64,000 nucleotides of DNA, from contig JBBRSP010000003.1 in assembly GCA_038245295.1 (NCBI GenBank), positions 256,001 to 320,000 on the forward strand, written 5' to 3'. This stretch comes from Candidatus Binatia bacterium (GTDB lineage: Bacteria; Desulfobacterota; Binatia; HRBIN30). A program made the position numbers and the translations under genes. Below are positions 40,128-49,759 of this stretch, in pieces (the stretch's first letter is position 1; every line of letters starts with the position of its first letter). A model generated the notes under the pieces. It was given only the letters and a program-made list of their open reading frames with translations. It had not been told where the DNA came from and did not search any database.

Positions 40128-40277
40128 TCAAACTTCGTCCCAAAAGAGCTCAGCAAACAGCTGAGGGTCGAGCCGTTCGTGAAGACAAATCTTTTCCCGC
40201 GTCGCCAGCCGTAAGGACTTTCCGGTTAGCTCACAGCGCGGACAGTGATGCGTGGTTTCTGGTGCTTGGGCCTGCAT
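40128..40277 (-). CDS. 49-aa microprotein with HCPRC and CxH
   Basis: GAGG RBS; MQAQAPETTHHCPRCELTGKSLRLATREKICLHERLDPQLFAELFWDEV*. Confidence 0.55.
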   Translation of the reverse strand: MQAQAPETTHHCPRCELTGKSLRLATREKICLHERLDPQLFAELFWDEV

Positions 40278-40300
40278 GGGTTGAACCTCAGATGAAAGAC

Positions 40301-40510
40301 CTAGGCTGATTTCTGTGCTTGGGATGCATCGGCCCGCAGCTCACCATTGGCGAGGTTGAGCCGAATTCCCTCGGCAAGGTCGATGGTCGTGCTCATGCAA
40401 GGCGCGACGACTCGTCCAAGCCCAAAGGGGCGACAGTCCCAGGCGTGACGAATTGCCGAACCCGGCATCCGGACTCGAATTCGTTCCGCGTATCCCAAAC
40501 AACGATCCAT
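40301..40510 (-). CDS. 69-aa hypothetical microprotein
   Basis: AAAGGAG RBS before the ATG at 40510; sigma54 site upstream. Confidence 0.5.
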   Translation of the reverse strand: MDRCLGYAERIRVRMPGSAIRHAWDCRPFGLGRVVAPCMSTTIDLAEGIRLNLANGELRADASQAQKSA

Positions 40511-40570
40511 GACGCGTCTCCTTTCTGCAGTCTCGGCGGCTCGACGTCCGCCGTTCGTCATTGGTTACGA

Positions 40571-40586
40571 TGCAGACGTCGTGCCA
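40571..40586 (-). promoter_or_regulatory. sigma54 promoter
   Basis: TGGCACGACGTCTGCA; perfect palindrome TGACTCG-N6-CGAGTCA at 40670-40689 upstream. Confidence 0.7.
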
Positions 40587-40716
40587 ATTGCTGCATTCAA
40601 GGAGTGAATGCGCGGGAACAGGGGCGGGCGCCCCGAATTGTAGAGAGTTCTAAAGTCGTGTTGTCAGACTGACTCGTGCGACCGAGTCAAAGTGAATCAC
40701 TGTGTCGCAGCCAAGC

Positions 40717-40773
40717 GAAGAGGGAAGGGTGAAGAGGGAAGAGGGTGAAGGGTTTACCCTTCACCCTTCCCTC
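40717..40773. repeat. Short GAAG(A/G)G(G/T) tandem repeats with inverted copies (hairpin)
   Basis: gagggaagggtgaag ... cttcacccttccctc, next to the DJ-1 gene stop. Confidence 0.65.
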
Positions 40774-40777
40774 GTTG

Positions 40778-41392
40778 TCAGACGAGGCCGTGGATCTTGG
40801 CGAAGGGATCCCAACCTGAATCGCGGTGCCACTCGATCTCCGTGGCGATAGCCAGGCTGTTGGCGATATCGTGGCCGTAGAGGCGCTCGATCACCGCCAG
40901 GGTCATGTCGATACCGGCGGCAACGCCCGACGAAGTTACGTAACGCCCGGTGTCGACCCAGCGCGCTTCCTTTACCCACTCCACCGTCGGACTCTGAGAG
41001 GCGATCTCGTGGAAGAACATCTTGTTGGTCGTGGCGCGTAGGCCATCGAGCAAGCCGGCTCGCGCGAGTAGGGCGGCTCCGGAACAGACGCTCATGGTGA
41101 CGTCGGCCTGCGGACCACGCTGGCGCAGGAAGTCGATCATGGCTGGGTTGTCGACCTCGGTCCGGGTGCTCATTCCACCCGGGACCAAAACGAGATCGAG
41201 GGGCGGGCAGGATTGGAAATCATACTCGGTCGCGACACTCGGACCTTGGCCACTTTTGACGGCACCACCCGTCTCCCCGATCATCAGAACTTCGACGACG
41301 CCTGGCATGTTGCCGAACATCTCGAGCGGCCCGAACGTGTCGAGGAGCTCGAATCCTGGGAAGAGTACCGTTCCTAATCGACGCGGCTTCAT
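40778..41392 (-). CDS. DJ-1/PfpI family protein
   Basis: FELLD..GP.E, LVPGG, SVCSGA, TSSGVAAGID. Confidence 0.9.
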   Translation of the reverse strand: MKPRRLGTVLFPGFELLDTFGPLEMFGNMPGVVEVLMIGETGGAVKSGQGPSVATEYDFQSCPPLDLVLVPGGMSTRTEVDNPAMIDFLRQRGPQADVTMSVCSGAALLARAGLLDGLRATTNKMFFHEIASQSPTVEWVKEARWVDTGRYVTSSGVAAGIDMTLAVIERLYGHDIANSLAIATEIEWHRDSGWDPFAKIHGLV

Positions 41393-41442
41393 CGTGATTC
41401 TCCTGTCTAGTTTGCGAGTGAAGTGGGGGCCTTAATCCGTCT

Positions 41443-42483
41443 CTAGCTGGCGCGCTGCAGACCGGCGGTGTGGCGGAAGCGGCGCCGATAGTCGTGGGGT
41501 GCCACCTTCAAGTGACGCAGCAAGGAACGGCGTAGATGTTCACTCGAGGCGAAACCGCAGCGGGCGGCGATCTCTTCGAGGCCGAGTGCCTGCTCCTCCT
41601 CAAGCAGGCGGCGAGCCGCCTCAACGCGGGCACGTTCGACGAATTTGGCGGGCGTCACGCCCGTCTCCTGACGGAAAACGCGGGCGAAGTGACGCGGGCT
41701 CATCGCCGCATGCTCGGCCAGCAGTTCGACACGCAGGTCGTCGCGCAGGTGCTCGACGATCCACTCAGGCAGATCCTTGAGGGCGCCGCCGCTGTGGCTT
41801 TGCGCCTCCAGGTACGTGCTGAATTGCGACTGCCCACCCGGGCGTTTCAGGAAGACAACCAGGCGTCGCGCCACCTCCAACGCGACTGAATGGCCGAGGT
41901 CCTCTTCGACCAGGGCAAGTGCCAGGTCGATTCCCGCCGTTACACCGGCCGAGGTGTAAGTGTTGCCGTCACGGATATAGATGGCGTCGGCGTCGACGTT
42001 TACCTTGGGATACTGTTCGGCTAACAGGCGCGCCGCGCTCCAATGGGTCGTTGCCCGCTTACCATCGAGGAGTCCCGCCTCGGCCAGCACGAAGGCGCCG
42101 CTGCACACCGACGCCAGGCGTCGCACGTGCGATGCCTGACGCAGGGCCCAGCGTTTCAAGGCAACGTCATATACCGCCGCGGCAATCTCGCCACCGGAGA
42201 AAATAAGCGTGTCCACGGAACCAGAGATCTGTTTGTAGGAGCGATCGGCGACTAAGCGCAGCCCCGAGTTCATCGTCACAGGACCTGCCTGGGTGGCGAC
42301 GACCTGCAGGGAATAGGGAGGCGCCTGATGCGGCTGCCGCAGCCGCATCACCAGCGACGCTGTCGCAAATACTTCCGCGGGTCCGACGACATCCAGCGTT
42401 TGCGCGTTGGGGTACGTGACGATGACGACCTGGCGCGTCGCGGGTGGGCGCCGGTCGGCCAGCTTGGTCACACGAGCTTTCAT
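41443..42483 (-). CDS. GlxA-family AraC regulator (DJ-1 + HTH)
   Basis: SVCSGAF, ATTHW, TSAGVTAGID, RPGGQSQFS, AraC HTH. Confidence 0.92.
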   Translation of the reverse strand: MKARVTKLADRRPPATRQVVIVTYPNAQTLDVVGPAEVFATASLVMRLRQPHQAPPYSLQVVATQAGPVTMNSGLRLVADRSYKQISGSVDTLIFSGGEIAAAVYDVALKRWALRQASHVRRLASVCSGAFVLAEAGLLDGKRATTHWSAARLLAEQYPKVNVDADAIYIRDGNTYTSAGVTAGIDLALALVEEDLGHSVALEVARRLVVFLKRPGGQSQFSTYLEAQSHSGGALKDLPEWIVEHLRDDLRVELLAEHAAMSPRHFARVFRQETGVTPAKFVERARVEAARRLLEEEQALGLEEIAARCGFASSEHLRRSLLRHLKVAPHDYRRRFRHTAGLQRAS

Positions 42484-42509
42484 GCCGCCGATGCTACGAT
42501 GGCTGCGTG

Positions 42510-42554
42510 CTGGCGGCAATGCCAGGACACCGGCAAATCCTGCCATCCTGGCAT
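42510..42554 (-). promoter_or_regulatory. Putative GlxA/AdpA-type operator
   Basis: Minus strand TGGCAGGATT...TGGCATTGCCGCCA; inverted repeat atgccagga/tcctggcat. Confidence 0.5.
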
Positions 42555-42619
42555 CAACTTGACTATCGGGTGATCCCCAGCCATCAGCGTTAAACCGCGA
42601 GGCAACGAAGGAGGAGATC

Positions 42620-43621
42620 ATGTCTGTTCGTATCGGGATTGTCCCGTTCTGGAAGCAATATGACCGCAAGGGTGTCATCCGCTCGGCGCAAGTCGCCGAG
42701 GATATGGGCTACGACTCGATCTGGATTCCCGAGGCGTGGGGCTACGAGCAGTTCCAGTTGCTCACCGAAATCGCCCTGAACACCAAGCGCCTCAAGTTGG
42801 CCACCGGCATCGCCAACGTGTTCAGCCGCTCGGCCGCGTTGCTGGCGATGAGCGCGGCGACGCTCGATGAGATCTCCGAGGGCCGTGTCATCCTCGGCCT
42901 CGGCACGAGCGGCAAGAACGTCATCGAGAACCTGCATGGTGTAAAGTATGAGAAGCCGCTGACACGGTTGCGCGAGACGGTGCAGATCATGAAGACGCTG
43001 TGGCGCGGCGACCGACTGACACCGGAGCTCAGCACCCTGTTCGACCTACGGCACTTCAAGCTCGAGATGAAGCCGCTGCGTCCCGATATTCCCGTCTACA
43101 TCGCTTCGCTCCAAGACAAAGCGATTCGCGAGATCGGCCGCGTCGCCGACGGCTGGGTGCCGACATTCTGGCCCTATCAACATCTCAAGGACGGAGTGAA
43201 GCTTCTGGAGGAAGGTGCGAAAGAGGCGGGACGCGACGCCAGCAAGATCGAGGTCGCGCCGTTTGTCGCCGTAGTGCCGATGCCCGACGTCGACATGGCG
43301 CGCAGCATGATTAAGCCAACCGTGTCGTTCTATATCGGCGGCATGGGCGTCTACTACCACGCCATGTTCTGCCGCTACGGCTTCCAGGAAAACGCCGACC
43401 TCGTACGCGATCTCTACAACAAGGGCCAACGCCAGGAGGCGGCGGCGGCGGTCAGCGACGAGCTCATCGATGCCATCGCCATCTGTGGCACACCCGAGCA
43501 TTGCCGCGAGAAACTGCAGGAATGGCATAAGGGCGGCATGGGCACAGCGTTGATGAATCTGCCCATGGGTGTGCCGCCTGAAGTCGTCGAGCAAGCACTA
43601 CGCGCTGTCGCGCCGCGCTGA
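42620..43621 (+). CDS. LLM-class flavin-dependent oxidoreductase
   Basis: GYDSIWIPEAWG, ATGIANVFSR, TLDEISEGR.ILGLG. Confidence 0.88.
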   Translation: MSVRIGIVPFWKQYDRKGVIRSAQVAEDMGYDSIWIPEAWGYEQFQLLTEIALNTKRLKLATGIANVFSRSAALLAMSAATLDEISEGRVILGLGTSGKNVIENLHGVKYEKPLTRLRETVQIMKTLWRGDRLTPELSTLFDLRHFKLEMKPLRPDIPVYIASLQDKAIREIGRVADGWVPTFWPYQHLKDGVKLLEEGAKEAGRDASKIEVAPFVAVVPMPDVDMARSMIKPTVSFYIGGMGVYYHAMFCRYGFQENADLVRDLYNKGQRQEAAAAVSDELIDAIAICGTPEHCREKLQEWHKGGMGTALMNLPMGVPPEVVEQALRAVAPR

Positions 43622-43665
43622 GAGCTTAGTAACCCGCCACTGCGTGGCACCCGTCAGCCGGGCGT

Positions 43666-44940
43666 TCAGAAGAATGCCCGGCTGACGAACCAGAATGTTC
43701 CAAGACCAGCCGTCAAAGCGGACCCGAGCTCGACCAGGAGTCGACCCGCTGTCGGGTTACGCCTCTGCAGCAGACGCAGCAGCGGCCAAACCAGACTGAT
43801 CACCGCAAGCTGACCGATCTCAACGCCCGCGTTGAATCCAAAAAGCGCAAACCCGAGACGCGTCGGGTCGAGACCGGCATCGGCGAGCACGCTGGCGAAG
43901 CCGAAGCCGTGCAGCAGCCCGAAGAGGAAGGCGATGGCCCAGCGTAAGCGCTGGCGGTTGCGGCTGCGCTGCAGCAGGCCGAAATAACCGGTCGTGAAAA
44001 ACGCCAACCCCAGCAGCGTCAATGCCGGCACGGCGCCATGGCCCGTCATCGCCATGGCTGCCAGCCCGGTTAACGTTACGCCTACCAGCAGCGGCACAAC
44101 ATTGCTGCGGCTGCTGAGCAGCCAGGCATTCTCGATCGCGACCAACGCAATCGACAATCCGATCAAGGCTTCGATCGGGGCGCGTTCGGGCCGCACGTAG
44201 CCAAGCACGGCCAGGGAAAGGGTGAGGCTGTGGGCGACGGTGAAGCCAGTAATCACGCGCGCGACGTCCGCCAAGGAACTGCCAAGCAGCAACAGCGCGA
44301 GCACGAAGGCCAGGTGATCGTAGCCTGTGAGGATGTGCTCGATGCCCAGCTGGATGTAGTCGATCAAGCTCGAACCACTCGTGGCGGCGGCGCTGCCGGA
44401 AGCCGGCGAGTCGAGTTGCCAGAGCGGCTGGCGCTCTGACAAGACCTGCTCGGCCGCCATCTGATGGTCGCGCTCGAGGCGGGCGAAGTGGAGATGCGAA
44501 GGCGCAACGTCGAGTAGGATCGAGTTGCGGATCGACAACGCACCGCTCGCCGGGCATTCGATCGTCCAACCGAGGGCCAGACGCCCGCTGTCTGCATGCA
44601 ACGGACGCGGCGCCCCAGTGACAGGACAGACGGCTCCATCCGCGAGGAGTTGCAGATGCCTGGTGAGATACTCGGCCAACATTTGGTCGCGTTGGGGATT
44701 ACCGGGGACACCCCACTCGTAGTGCGTCACATCAATGTCCCACATGCGCACGACGACCTGCGCGGTGCGTCCGCTGAGTGTCCAGGCGGAATAGGAGTTG
44801 CTGCGGTCGTGGGCGGCGGCCCGTTGCGCGAGCAGTCCTAGGACCAGTGTGAGAACGGCCGCAAACCGCCCTAAGGCAAGGCGGCAGTCATCTGTGCGGC
44901 GGGCCGTGGCTGCCTTACGGGTCGCTCTGTGCCCCGTCAT
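43666..44940 (-). CDS. HupE/UreJ-family (HupE_UreJ_2) membrane protein with periplasmic domain
   Basis: AAA-H cleavage site; GIEHILTGYDHLAF, FTVAHSLTL, FGLLHGFGFA, FNAGVEIGQL; ATGA overlap with the upstream gene. Confidence 0.88.
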   Translation of the reverse strand: MTGHRATRKAATARRTDDCRLALGRFAAVLTLVLGLLAQRAAAHDRSNSYSAWTLSGRTAQVVVRMWDIDVTHYEWGVPGNPQRDQMLAEYLTRHLQLLADGAVCPVTGAPRPLHADSGRLALGWTIECPASGALSIRNSILLDVAPSHLHFARLERDHQMAAEQVLSERQPLWQLDSPASGSAAATSGSSLIDYIQLGIEHILTGYDHLAFVLALLLLGSSLADVARVITGFTVAHSLTLSLAVLGYVRPERAPIEALIGLSIALVAIENAWLLSSRSNVVPLLVGVTLTGLAAMAMTGHGAVPALTLLGLAFFTTGYFGLLQRSRNRQRLRWAIAFLFGLLHGFGFASVLADAGLDPTRLGFALFGFNAGVEIGQLAVISLVWPLLRLLQRRNPTAGRLLVELGSALTAGLGTFWFVSRAFF

Positions 44941-45821
44941 GGGATTTCGGGCGCAATCGTCACATCGGCGCCATGGCGCAGTTCGTCGAGGTATTGGCGT
45001 AGCGCGTGGTCGGAGGCGCGCCGCCGGTATTCGGCGAGGATCTGTGGCTTGATGTCGTCGAACGGCGGCGCGTCGCCGGGCGTGCGATCGACCAGCAGGA
45101 GCACGTGGTAGCCAGTGTTGGAGCGCACCGGCTCGCTGACTTCTCCGGGCTGCATCGAAAAGACGGTTCGCAGCGCGGTTGGTCCGAGATAATCGCCGAG
45201 TTTGGCCGCCGGGAGTAGGGCATCCGGGAGCGGGGCGAACTCCTCGTCGCCGCCAGCGCGAACCGCTGCGAACGCTTCTCCGGCACGCAGGCGACGAACA
45301 GCGTCGGCGGCGCGTTGTTGGGCGGCGGCAGCGTCCTCCGGCGAGTTGGCCCGGAACCACACCTGGCGCACGTGCAGTTGCCCGGGGCTGGCAAAAAAAT
45401 CTTGCTCGCCCTGGTAGAACTTCTGCAATTCATCGTCGCTGGGCTCGGCCGTGTTTTCGCGCGCCGAGGCGGTTTCAATGACGGCACTCGTCAGGGCGCG
45501 GCGCACGCGTAGGTCGTCGCGCACGAGGCCCAGGCTGAGTGCCTTTTGGAGTAGCAACTCCTCTTCGATCATTCGATCGAGAACCTGACGGCGGATCTCG
45601 GCCGTGACCCCGGATCGGCGATCACTCATCAGGCCGTTGACGGCTCGTTGATATTCTTCGAGCCGAATCGGGACACCATTCACCCGCGCCACAGTTCCGG
45701 GAGGCAGCTGGGCCGCCGTCGTGCGACCGCCGAAAAGTCCAGCCGCCGCCATCCCCGCGCCGAGAACGATCGCCGCAAGCAGCAGCCCAAGCGGGCGTGA
45801 CGAAGAAGTCGGCTCCACCAC
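44937..45821 (-). CDS. Parvulin/SurA-like peptidyl-prolyl isomerase
   Basis: VARVNG..I, LDRMIEEELL, GEVSEPVRS..GYHV. Confidence 0.85.
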   Translation of the reverse strand: MVEPTSSSRPLGLLLAAIVLGAGMAAAGLFGGRTTAAQLPPGTVARVNGVPIRLEEYQRAVNGLMSDRRSGVTAEIRRQVLDRMIEEELLLQKALSLGLVRDDLRVRRALTSAVIETASARENTAEPSDDELQKFYQGEQDFFASPGQLHVRQVWFRANSPEDAAAAQQRAADAVRRLRAGEAFAAVRAGGDEEFAPLPDALLPAAKLGDYLGPTALRTVFSMQPGEVSEPVRSNTGYHVLLLVDRTPGDAPPFDDIKPQILAEYRRRASDHALRQYLDELRHGADVTIAPEIP

Positions 45822-45827
45822 TGCTGC

Positions 45828-48050
45828 TTAGGCGGCCGGCTTGACGAAGATCGGACTCGACCAGGCGCGCTCCTGGGTCGGGCTCAAACAGTCGTCGTCT
45901 GCCGGCGTGCGGTAGTCACCGAAACATGGCTTCACCGAGACACAGTCGCCACGTTCGTTGTAGGTGCAGCGCAGGCCGCCGGCGTTAACCGCCATGGTTT
46001 CCTCCTGGGCGGCGCGCACGTAGTACAGGAACTCGCGCTGGCCTGCGACGAACTCCGGATCTTCGAAGGTGATCTCGCAGCCGGCCTGCGTGTCGGGGCA
46101 ATCGAAGGATTTCCACGGGTCTTGGATCAGCGGCCCGATCGGTTCGCCCTTCGCCTGTTGCGGGCGGATTCGCACCACATCGATCTTGGTGATGCGGTAG
46201 CGATCGTCGGTCGGGTTGTAGCACTCGCCGCGGCACAGGTAGTCGAGGCGGTCGGGCGTCAACGCGCTCGTGGAGGTCTCGGGGCAACCTGGCTTTTGCT
46301 TGAAGGAACCGACGGCGCGGGCGCGGAAGCGGGGCGCTTCGCCGAGCGCCGTTTCCGAGCCCATTGGCAACGCGCCGCTTGGGCCGTTGAGCAGATCGAA
46401 CCACAAGAGAATGCGCGGCCCGCTGGTGCCATACACTTCGCGCTTCTTGAGAGCGTTCCAGATGGAGTCGCGATCGCGGCCAGGCGAGTGCACCGCGACG
46501 AGCCCGCCGGTCATGAAGAAAGATGCCTGACGCTCGAGCTCGAGGAACAAGAACGGTTGAATCTCGGACTTGTCTTGATCGAACTCCTGGGCCTCGTCCT
46601 TTACCGGACGGTTGAAGGCGGCACCACCGAGGCGCATGCGCCAGTTCTCGTCGACGGTACCGGCGACCTCGGTCATTTGCTTGCGGCGAAATTCCTTGAA
46701 GCCGGTTCCGGGGCGCGCCGAGTGGTTGTCGCTCGACGCCATGAAGCCAAAGCGGAAATTGCGTGGTTGACTTGGGTCATCGAAGTTCGAAATGGCCATC
46801 GCGTACTGCACGGAGTTCGCCGGGCGGTAGTTGAACGAGGGAAGAATGCAGTCGCGGCACTGTCCGCAATCCTTCCATTCCTCGATCTTTGCCCCGGAGA
46901 CAGTCAGGTGGCCGGCGAGTCCTGCCTTCATGTAGAGCTCACGAGCCTTCGCGACGCGGGTATTGCACTCCTCGGCAGGAATGTTGCCGCAGCGCGAGCG
47001 GATGATCTCGCCGGCCTGCCAGCAGCAAGGGAGGTAGCTCTTGGTCGGGTTCGGGCAAGTCAAGTTGCCTTGCGCGTCGACCCCGACCGGGCGCCAGTCG
47101 CGATATTCTTCCGAGTTACCGTGTCCCGAGTAGATCTCAATCAGTCCCTGGCGCGGGTCGTTTTCTTTGAGTTGCTTGTCAAAGGAATTGTCAGCCGGGG
47201 TGTAGAAGCCCCACGTGGTGCCGTGCGGGATGACCATCGACTCGACACCCAACTGGGCCAGTTTCTCGAAGAGGACCTTCGGCGTTGACGCCGATTCCTG
47301 GCAGGTGTCGGGCAGTTGCTTGGAGTCGACGCCCTCGGGGCACATCGGCGATTCGATGAGCTCCTCCTGGTAACGGCCGAAGTCGTAATAGCGCTGGCGA
47401 TTCTGCCAATCGAGAATCGGAAAGCGCAGACGTTGCCATAGGGGTAACTTTTGTCGCAGGGCGCCGACCAGGCGCTTGCTCATGGCGCTGATCGGACGCT
47501 TGGGTACTCTGTCTTCCTCGAGATCTCTGAGGATGACGTTCTTGTGGCCGTAATGATCGGCGGCGGTCATGCCGACCTGCGTCCACTCCCAGCCGAGGAA
47601 CGCCACCGTGTCAGGATTCTTTGGGTCACCCGCCAGCTTGTTGCACTGACGGATGGATTCCTTGGTCTCGCGCCAATGCTCCGGCGAGATCCCCTCGGCG
47701 TGATCGTTGATGCTCCAGAAGTCCAAGCCGGAACAGAAGCGGGCAAAGTCGCAGGCATCGGCTGGCGGGTGCGCCCCCTCGCCCTGCAGCATCGGTAGAC
47801 TGCGGATGAACGCGTCGGGAGAGAATGTCGTATGGACGTGCAGGTCGCCGAACAGGATCTGCTTTGCCCCGGCGTCGGGTGCCAGCGCCGTCGCTGCTTC
47901 CTTCTGCTTGGCGGCGCGCGATTGCACCACCGCCTCGGGCAGCCGCCCGCCCGCGATGGTGCCGGCCCCTTCGTGCCGTCCCTTGCATCCACCAACCAGC
48001 AGAACCGCCGTCATCGCAGCCGCCGCCACGGCCATGTGCACTCGAACCAT
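45828..48050 (-). CDS. DUF3604 lipoprotein (PHP-like metallohydrolase)
   Basis: VGGC lipobox; GDLHVHT, NDH, GWEWT, HKNV, SSDNH, REVYGTSGPRI, ERAWSSPIF. Confidence 0.88.
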   Translation of the reverse strand: MVRVHMAVAAAAMTAVLLVGGCKGRHEGAGTIAGGRLPEAVVQSRAAKQKEAATALAPDAGAKQILFGDLHVHTTFSPDAFIRSLPMLQGEGAHPPADACDFARFCSGLDFWSINDHAEGISPEHWRETKESIRQCNKLAGDPKNPDTVAFLGWEWTQVGMTAADHYGHKNVILRDLEEDRVPKRPISAMSKRLVGALRQKLPLWQRLRFPILDWQNRQRYYDFGRYQEELIESPMCPEGVDSKQLPDTCQESASTPKVLFEKLAQLGVESMVIPHGTTWGFYTPADNSFDKQLKENDPRQGLIEIYSGHGNSEEYRDWRPVGVDAQGNLTCPNPTKSYLPCCWQAGEIIRSRCGNIPAEECNTRVAKARELYMKAGLAGHLTVSGAKIEEWKDCGQCRDCILPSFNYRPANSVQYAMAISNFDDPSQPRNFRFGFMASSDNHSARPGTGFKEFRRKQMTEVAGTVDENWRMRLGGAAFNRPVKDEAQEFDQDKSEIQPFLFLELERQASFFMTGGLVAVHSPGRDRDSIWNALKKREVYGTSGPRILLWFDLLNGPSGALPMGSETALGEAPRFRARAVGSFKQKPGCPETSTSALTPDRLDYLCRGECYNPTDDRYRITKIDVVRIRPQQAKGEPIGPLIQDPWKSFDCPDTQAGCEITFEDPEFVAGQREFLYYVRAAQEETMAVNAGGLRCTYNERGDCVSVKPCFGDYRTPADDDCLSPTQERAWSSPIFVKPAA

Positions 48051-48185
48051 AATGTCTTCCCCTCCGAGGTTTGCTGTCGGTACCACGGGACGCCAACCTA
48101 AGTCAGCCCGGGCAGCATGCGTTTGCTGCAGCTCCACAACTGCGGCTGCCGATGGCTGACCTCAGCGAGGCAACCAAGATGGCGG

Positions 48186-48201
48186 TGGCACGGTCATTGC
48201 G
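48186..48201 (+). promoter_or_regulatory. sigma54 promoter
   Basis: TGGCACGGTCATTGCG; GCAGC-type inverted repeats at about 48102-48160 upstream. Confidence 0.8.
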
Positions 48202-48238
48202 TTGTACCATCTTCATCAGGTGATCGGAGGACGCGAAC

Positions 48239-48397
48239 ATGGGACTCATCGAAACACTCGCCATTAGCAACGCCGTATGGACCGCAAGCATCCCGGGACC
48301 GTCACCCCTGTGGGTGGTCGCTATTCTCGCATTGGCGGTGACGGCATTGACGATTGGTGCCACGCAACGGTTGCCCGGTACAGCGGTGGGGCACTAG
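48239..48397 (+). CDS. 52-aa single-TM peptide
   Basis: GGAGG RBS; MGLIETLAISNAVWTASIPGPSPLWVVAILALAVTALTIGATQRLPGTAVGH*. Confidence 0.6.
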   Translation: MGLIETLAISNAVWTASIPGPSPLWVVAILALAVTALTIGATQRLPGTAVGH

Positions 48398-48459
48398 GAG
48401 CGGATGCCGCACTCGCCTCTGCCCCACAGACGGCGGATACGGTATAGGACTTACCCTCT

Positions 48460-49731
48460 ATGGCGATCATCGGCTTCATTGTCGCTGTCATGTTGTTTCG
48501 TCACTACATGAAGCGTTTACAGAGCTCACGCGGATTGCAGAGGCCAAGCGAGCCTGACTGCGACTTCAAGGCGGGCGCAGTAAACTGGCAGACCGAGTGG
48601 CACCGCCAATGGGCGGGCAAGTTCCAGCGCCAGGCGGATCGCCGTATCCGCGACCTCGAGCGCCAGGCCGAGCGCCACATTCGTCGGTTCGATCGTGAAG
48701 CGCGACGTTGGGGAGTGCCATTGCGTGTGCGCTTGGAGCGCACCGAAGAGCCGTCGCCTACCACCGAAACAGCCACGGCCGTGCCCGAGGCAGACATCCA
48801 GCGACGTGCGCGTAAGCAGGCCGCTGCGGAAGCCAGCTTCTACATGCACATGATGAGCTACCTCGGCGTCTTGGCCTTCCTGGCCCTCATCAACATCATG
48901 ACGACGTCGTATCCGTGGTTCCTGTGGCCCGCCATCGGCTGGGGCATCGGGCTGTTCTCTCACTATATGGCGGTGTTCGGCTCACGTGCGGTGCGCGAAC
49001 GTTACTTCGAGCCGGCGGTTGAGCGCGAGGTGCGTCGCGAGAAGGTGGCCATGCAAACCGAAAAGATGGCGACCATCGACGAGTTGTCGGCGACCATCGC
49101 CCACGAGATCCGCAACCCGATCGCTGCCGCCAAAAGCCTGGTCCAGCAGATGGGAGAAGACGTGCACTCGGTAGAGAACGTCGAATACGCCAAGGTCGCC
49201 CTCGACGAGCTCGATCGCGTTGAACGCCGCATCTCGCACCTCCTTAAGTACGCCAAGGAAGAGGACTACACGTTCAACGCGGCGAATCTGGCCACGGTGG
49301 TCGACTCGGCGCTGACCCAGATGAAAGCCAAGCTCGACGCCGCCAAGGTCGTTGTGCAGCGCAATTACATCAGCGGTCCGACCTTGTTGGTCGACGAGAA
49401 GCTGCGCCAGGTGTTTGTCAACATTCTCGACAACGCGATCGATGCCTTCGAGAGTGTGCCGGAGGATCGGCGCATCGAAGTGTTCGTTGAAACGTCATCG
49501 CGCGGCGGCGGCAACCGGGCCGTGGTGCGCTTCCGCGACAACGGTGCCGGGATTCCCGCCGAGAAAATCGATCGCATTTTCAATCCGTTCTTCACAACCA
49601 AGGACAAAGGCACTGGCCTCGGTATGGCCATCTCCAAGAAAATCGTCGAAGCCCACGAAGGCACGATCAATGTAGTGAGCGAACAGGGGCGCGGCGCTGA
49701 GTTCATCATCAGCCTGCCGTTGCCGAAATGA
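48460..49731 (+). CDS. Sensor histidine kinase with 2TM domain
   Basis: FYMH..Y..INI..YPWFLWPAIGWGIGL.SH (2TM); AHEIRNP, NILDNA, DNG.GI, FFTTK..GTGLG. Confidence 0.9.
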   Translation: MAIIGFIVAVMLFRHYMKRLQSSRGLQRPSEPDCDFKAGAVNWQTEWHRQWAGKFQRQADRRIRDLERQAERHIRRFDREARRWGVPLRVRLERTEEPSPTTETATAVPEADIQRRARKQAAAEASFYMHMMSYLGVLAFLALINIMTTSYPWFLWPAIGWGIGLFSHYMAVFGSRAVRERYFEPAVEREVRREKVAMQTEKMATIDELSATIAHEIRNPIAAAKSLVQQMGEDVHSVENVEYAKVALDELDRVERRISHLLKYAKEEDYTFNAANLATVVDSALTQMKAKLDAAKVVVQRNYISGPTLLVDEKLRQVFVNILDNAIDAFESVPEDRRIEVFVETSSRGGGNRAVVRFRDNGAGIPAEKIDRIFNPFFTTKDKGTGLGMAISKKIVEAHEGTINVVSEQGRGAEFIISLPLPK

Positions 49732-49759
49732 TGAGGCACAGGATGTTCGGAGAATCCCA

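Noticed and set aside
48290..48397. IPGPSPLW + TM in the 52-aa peptide as an IPTL-CTERM exosortase substrate
   Set aside because: Motif spacing differs, there is no basic cluster, and no signal peptide or passenger domain.
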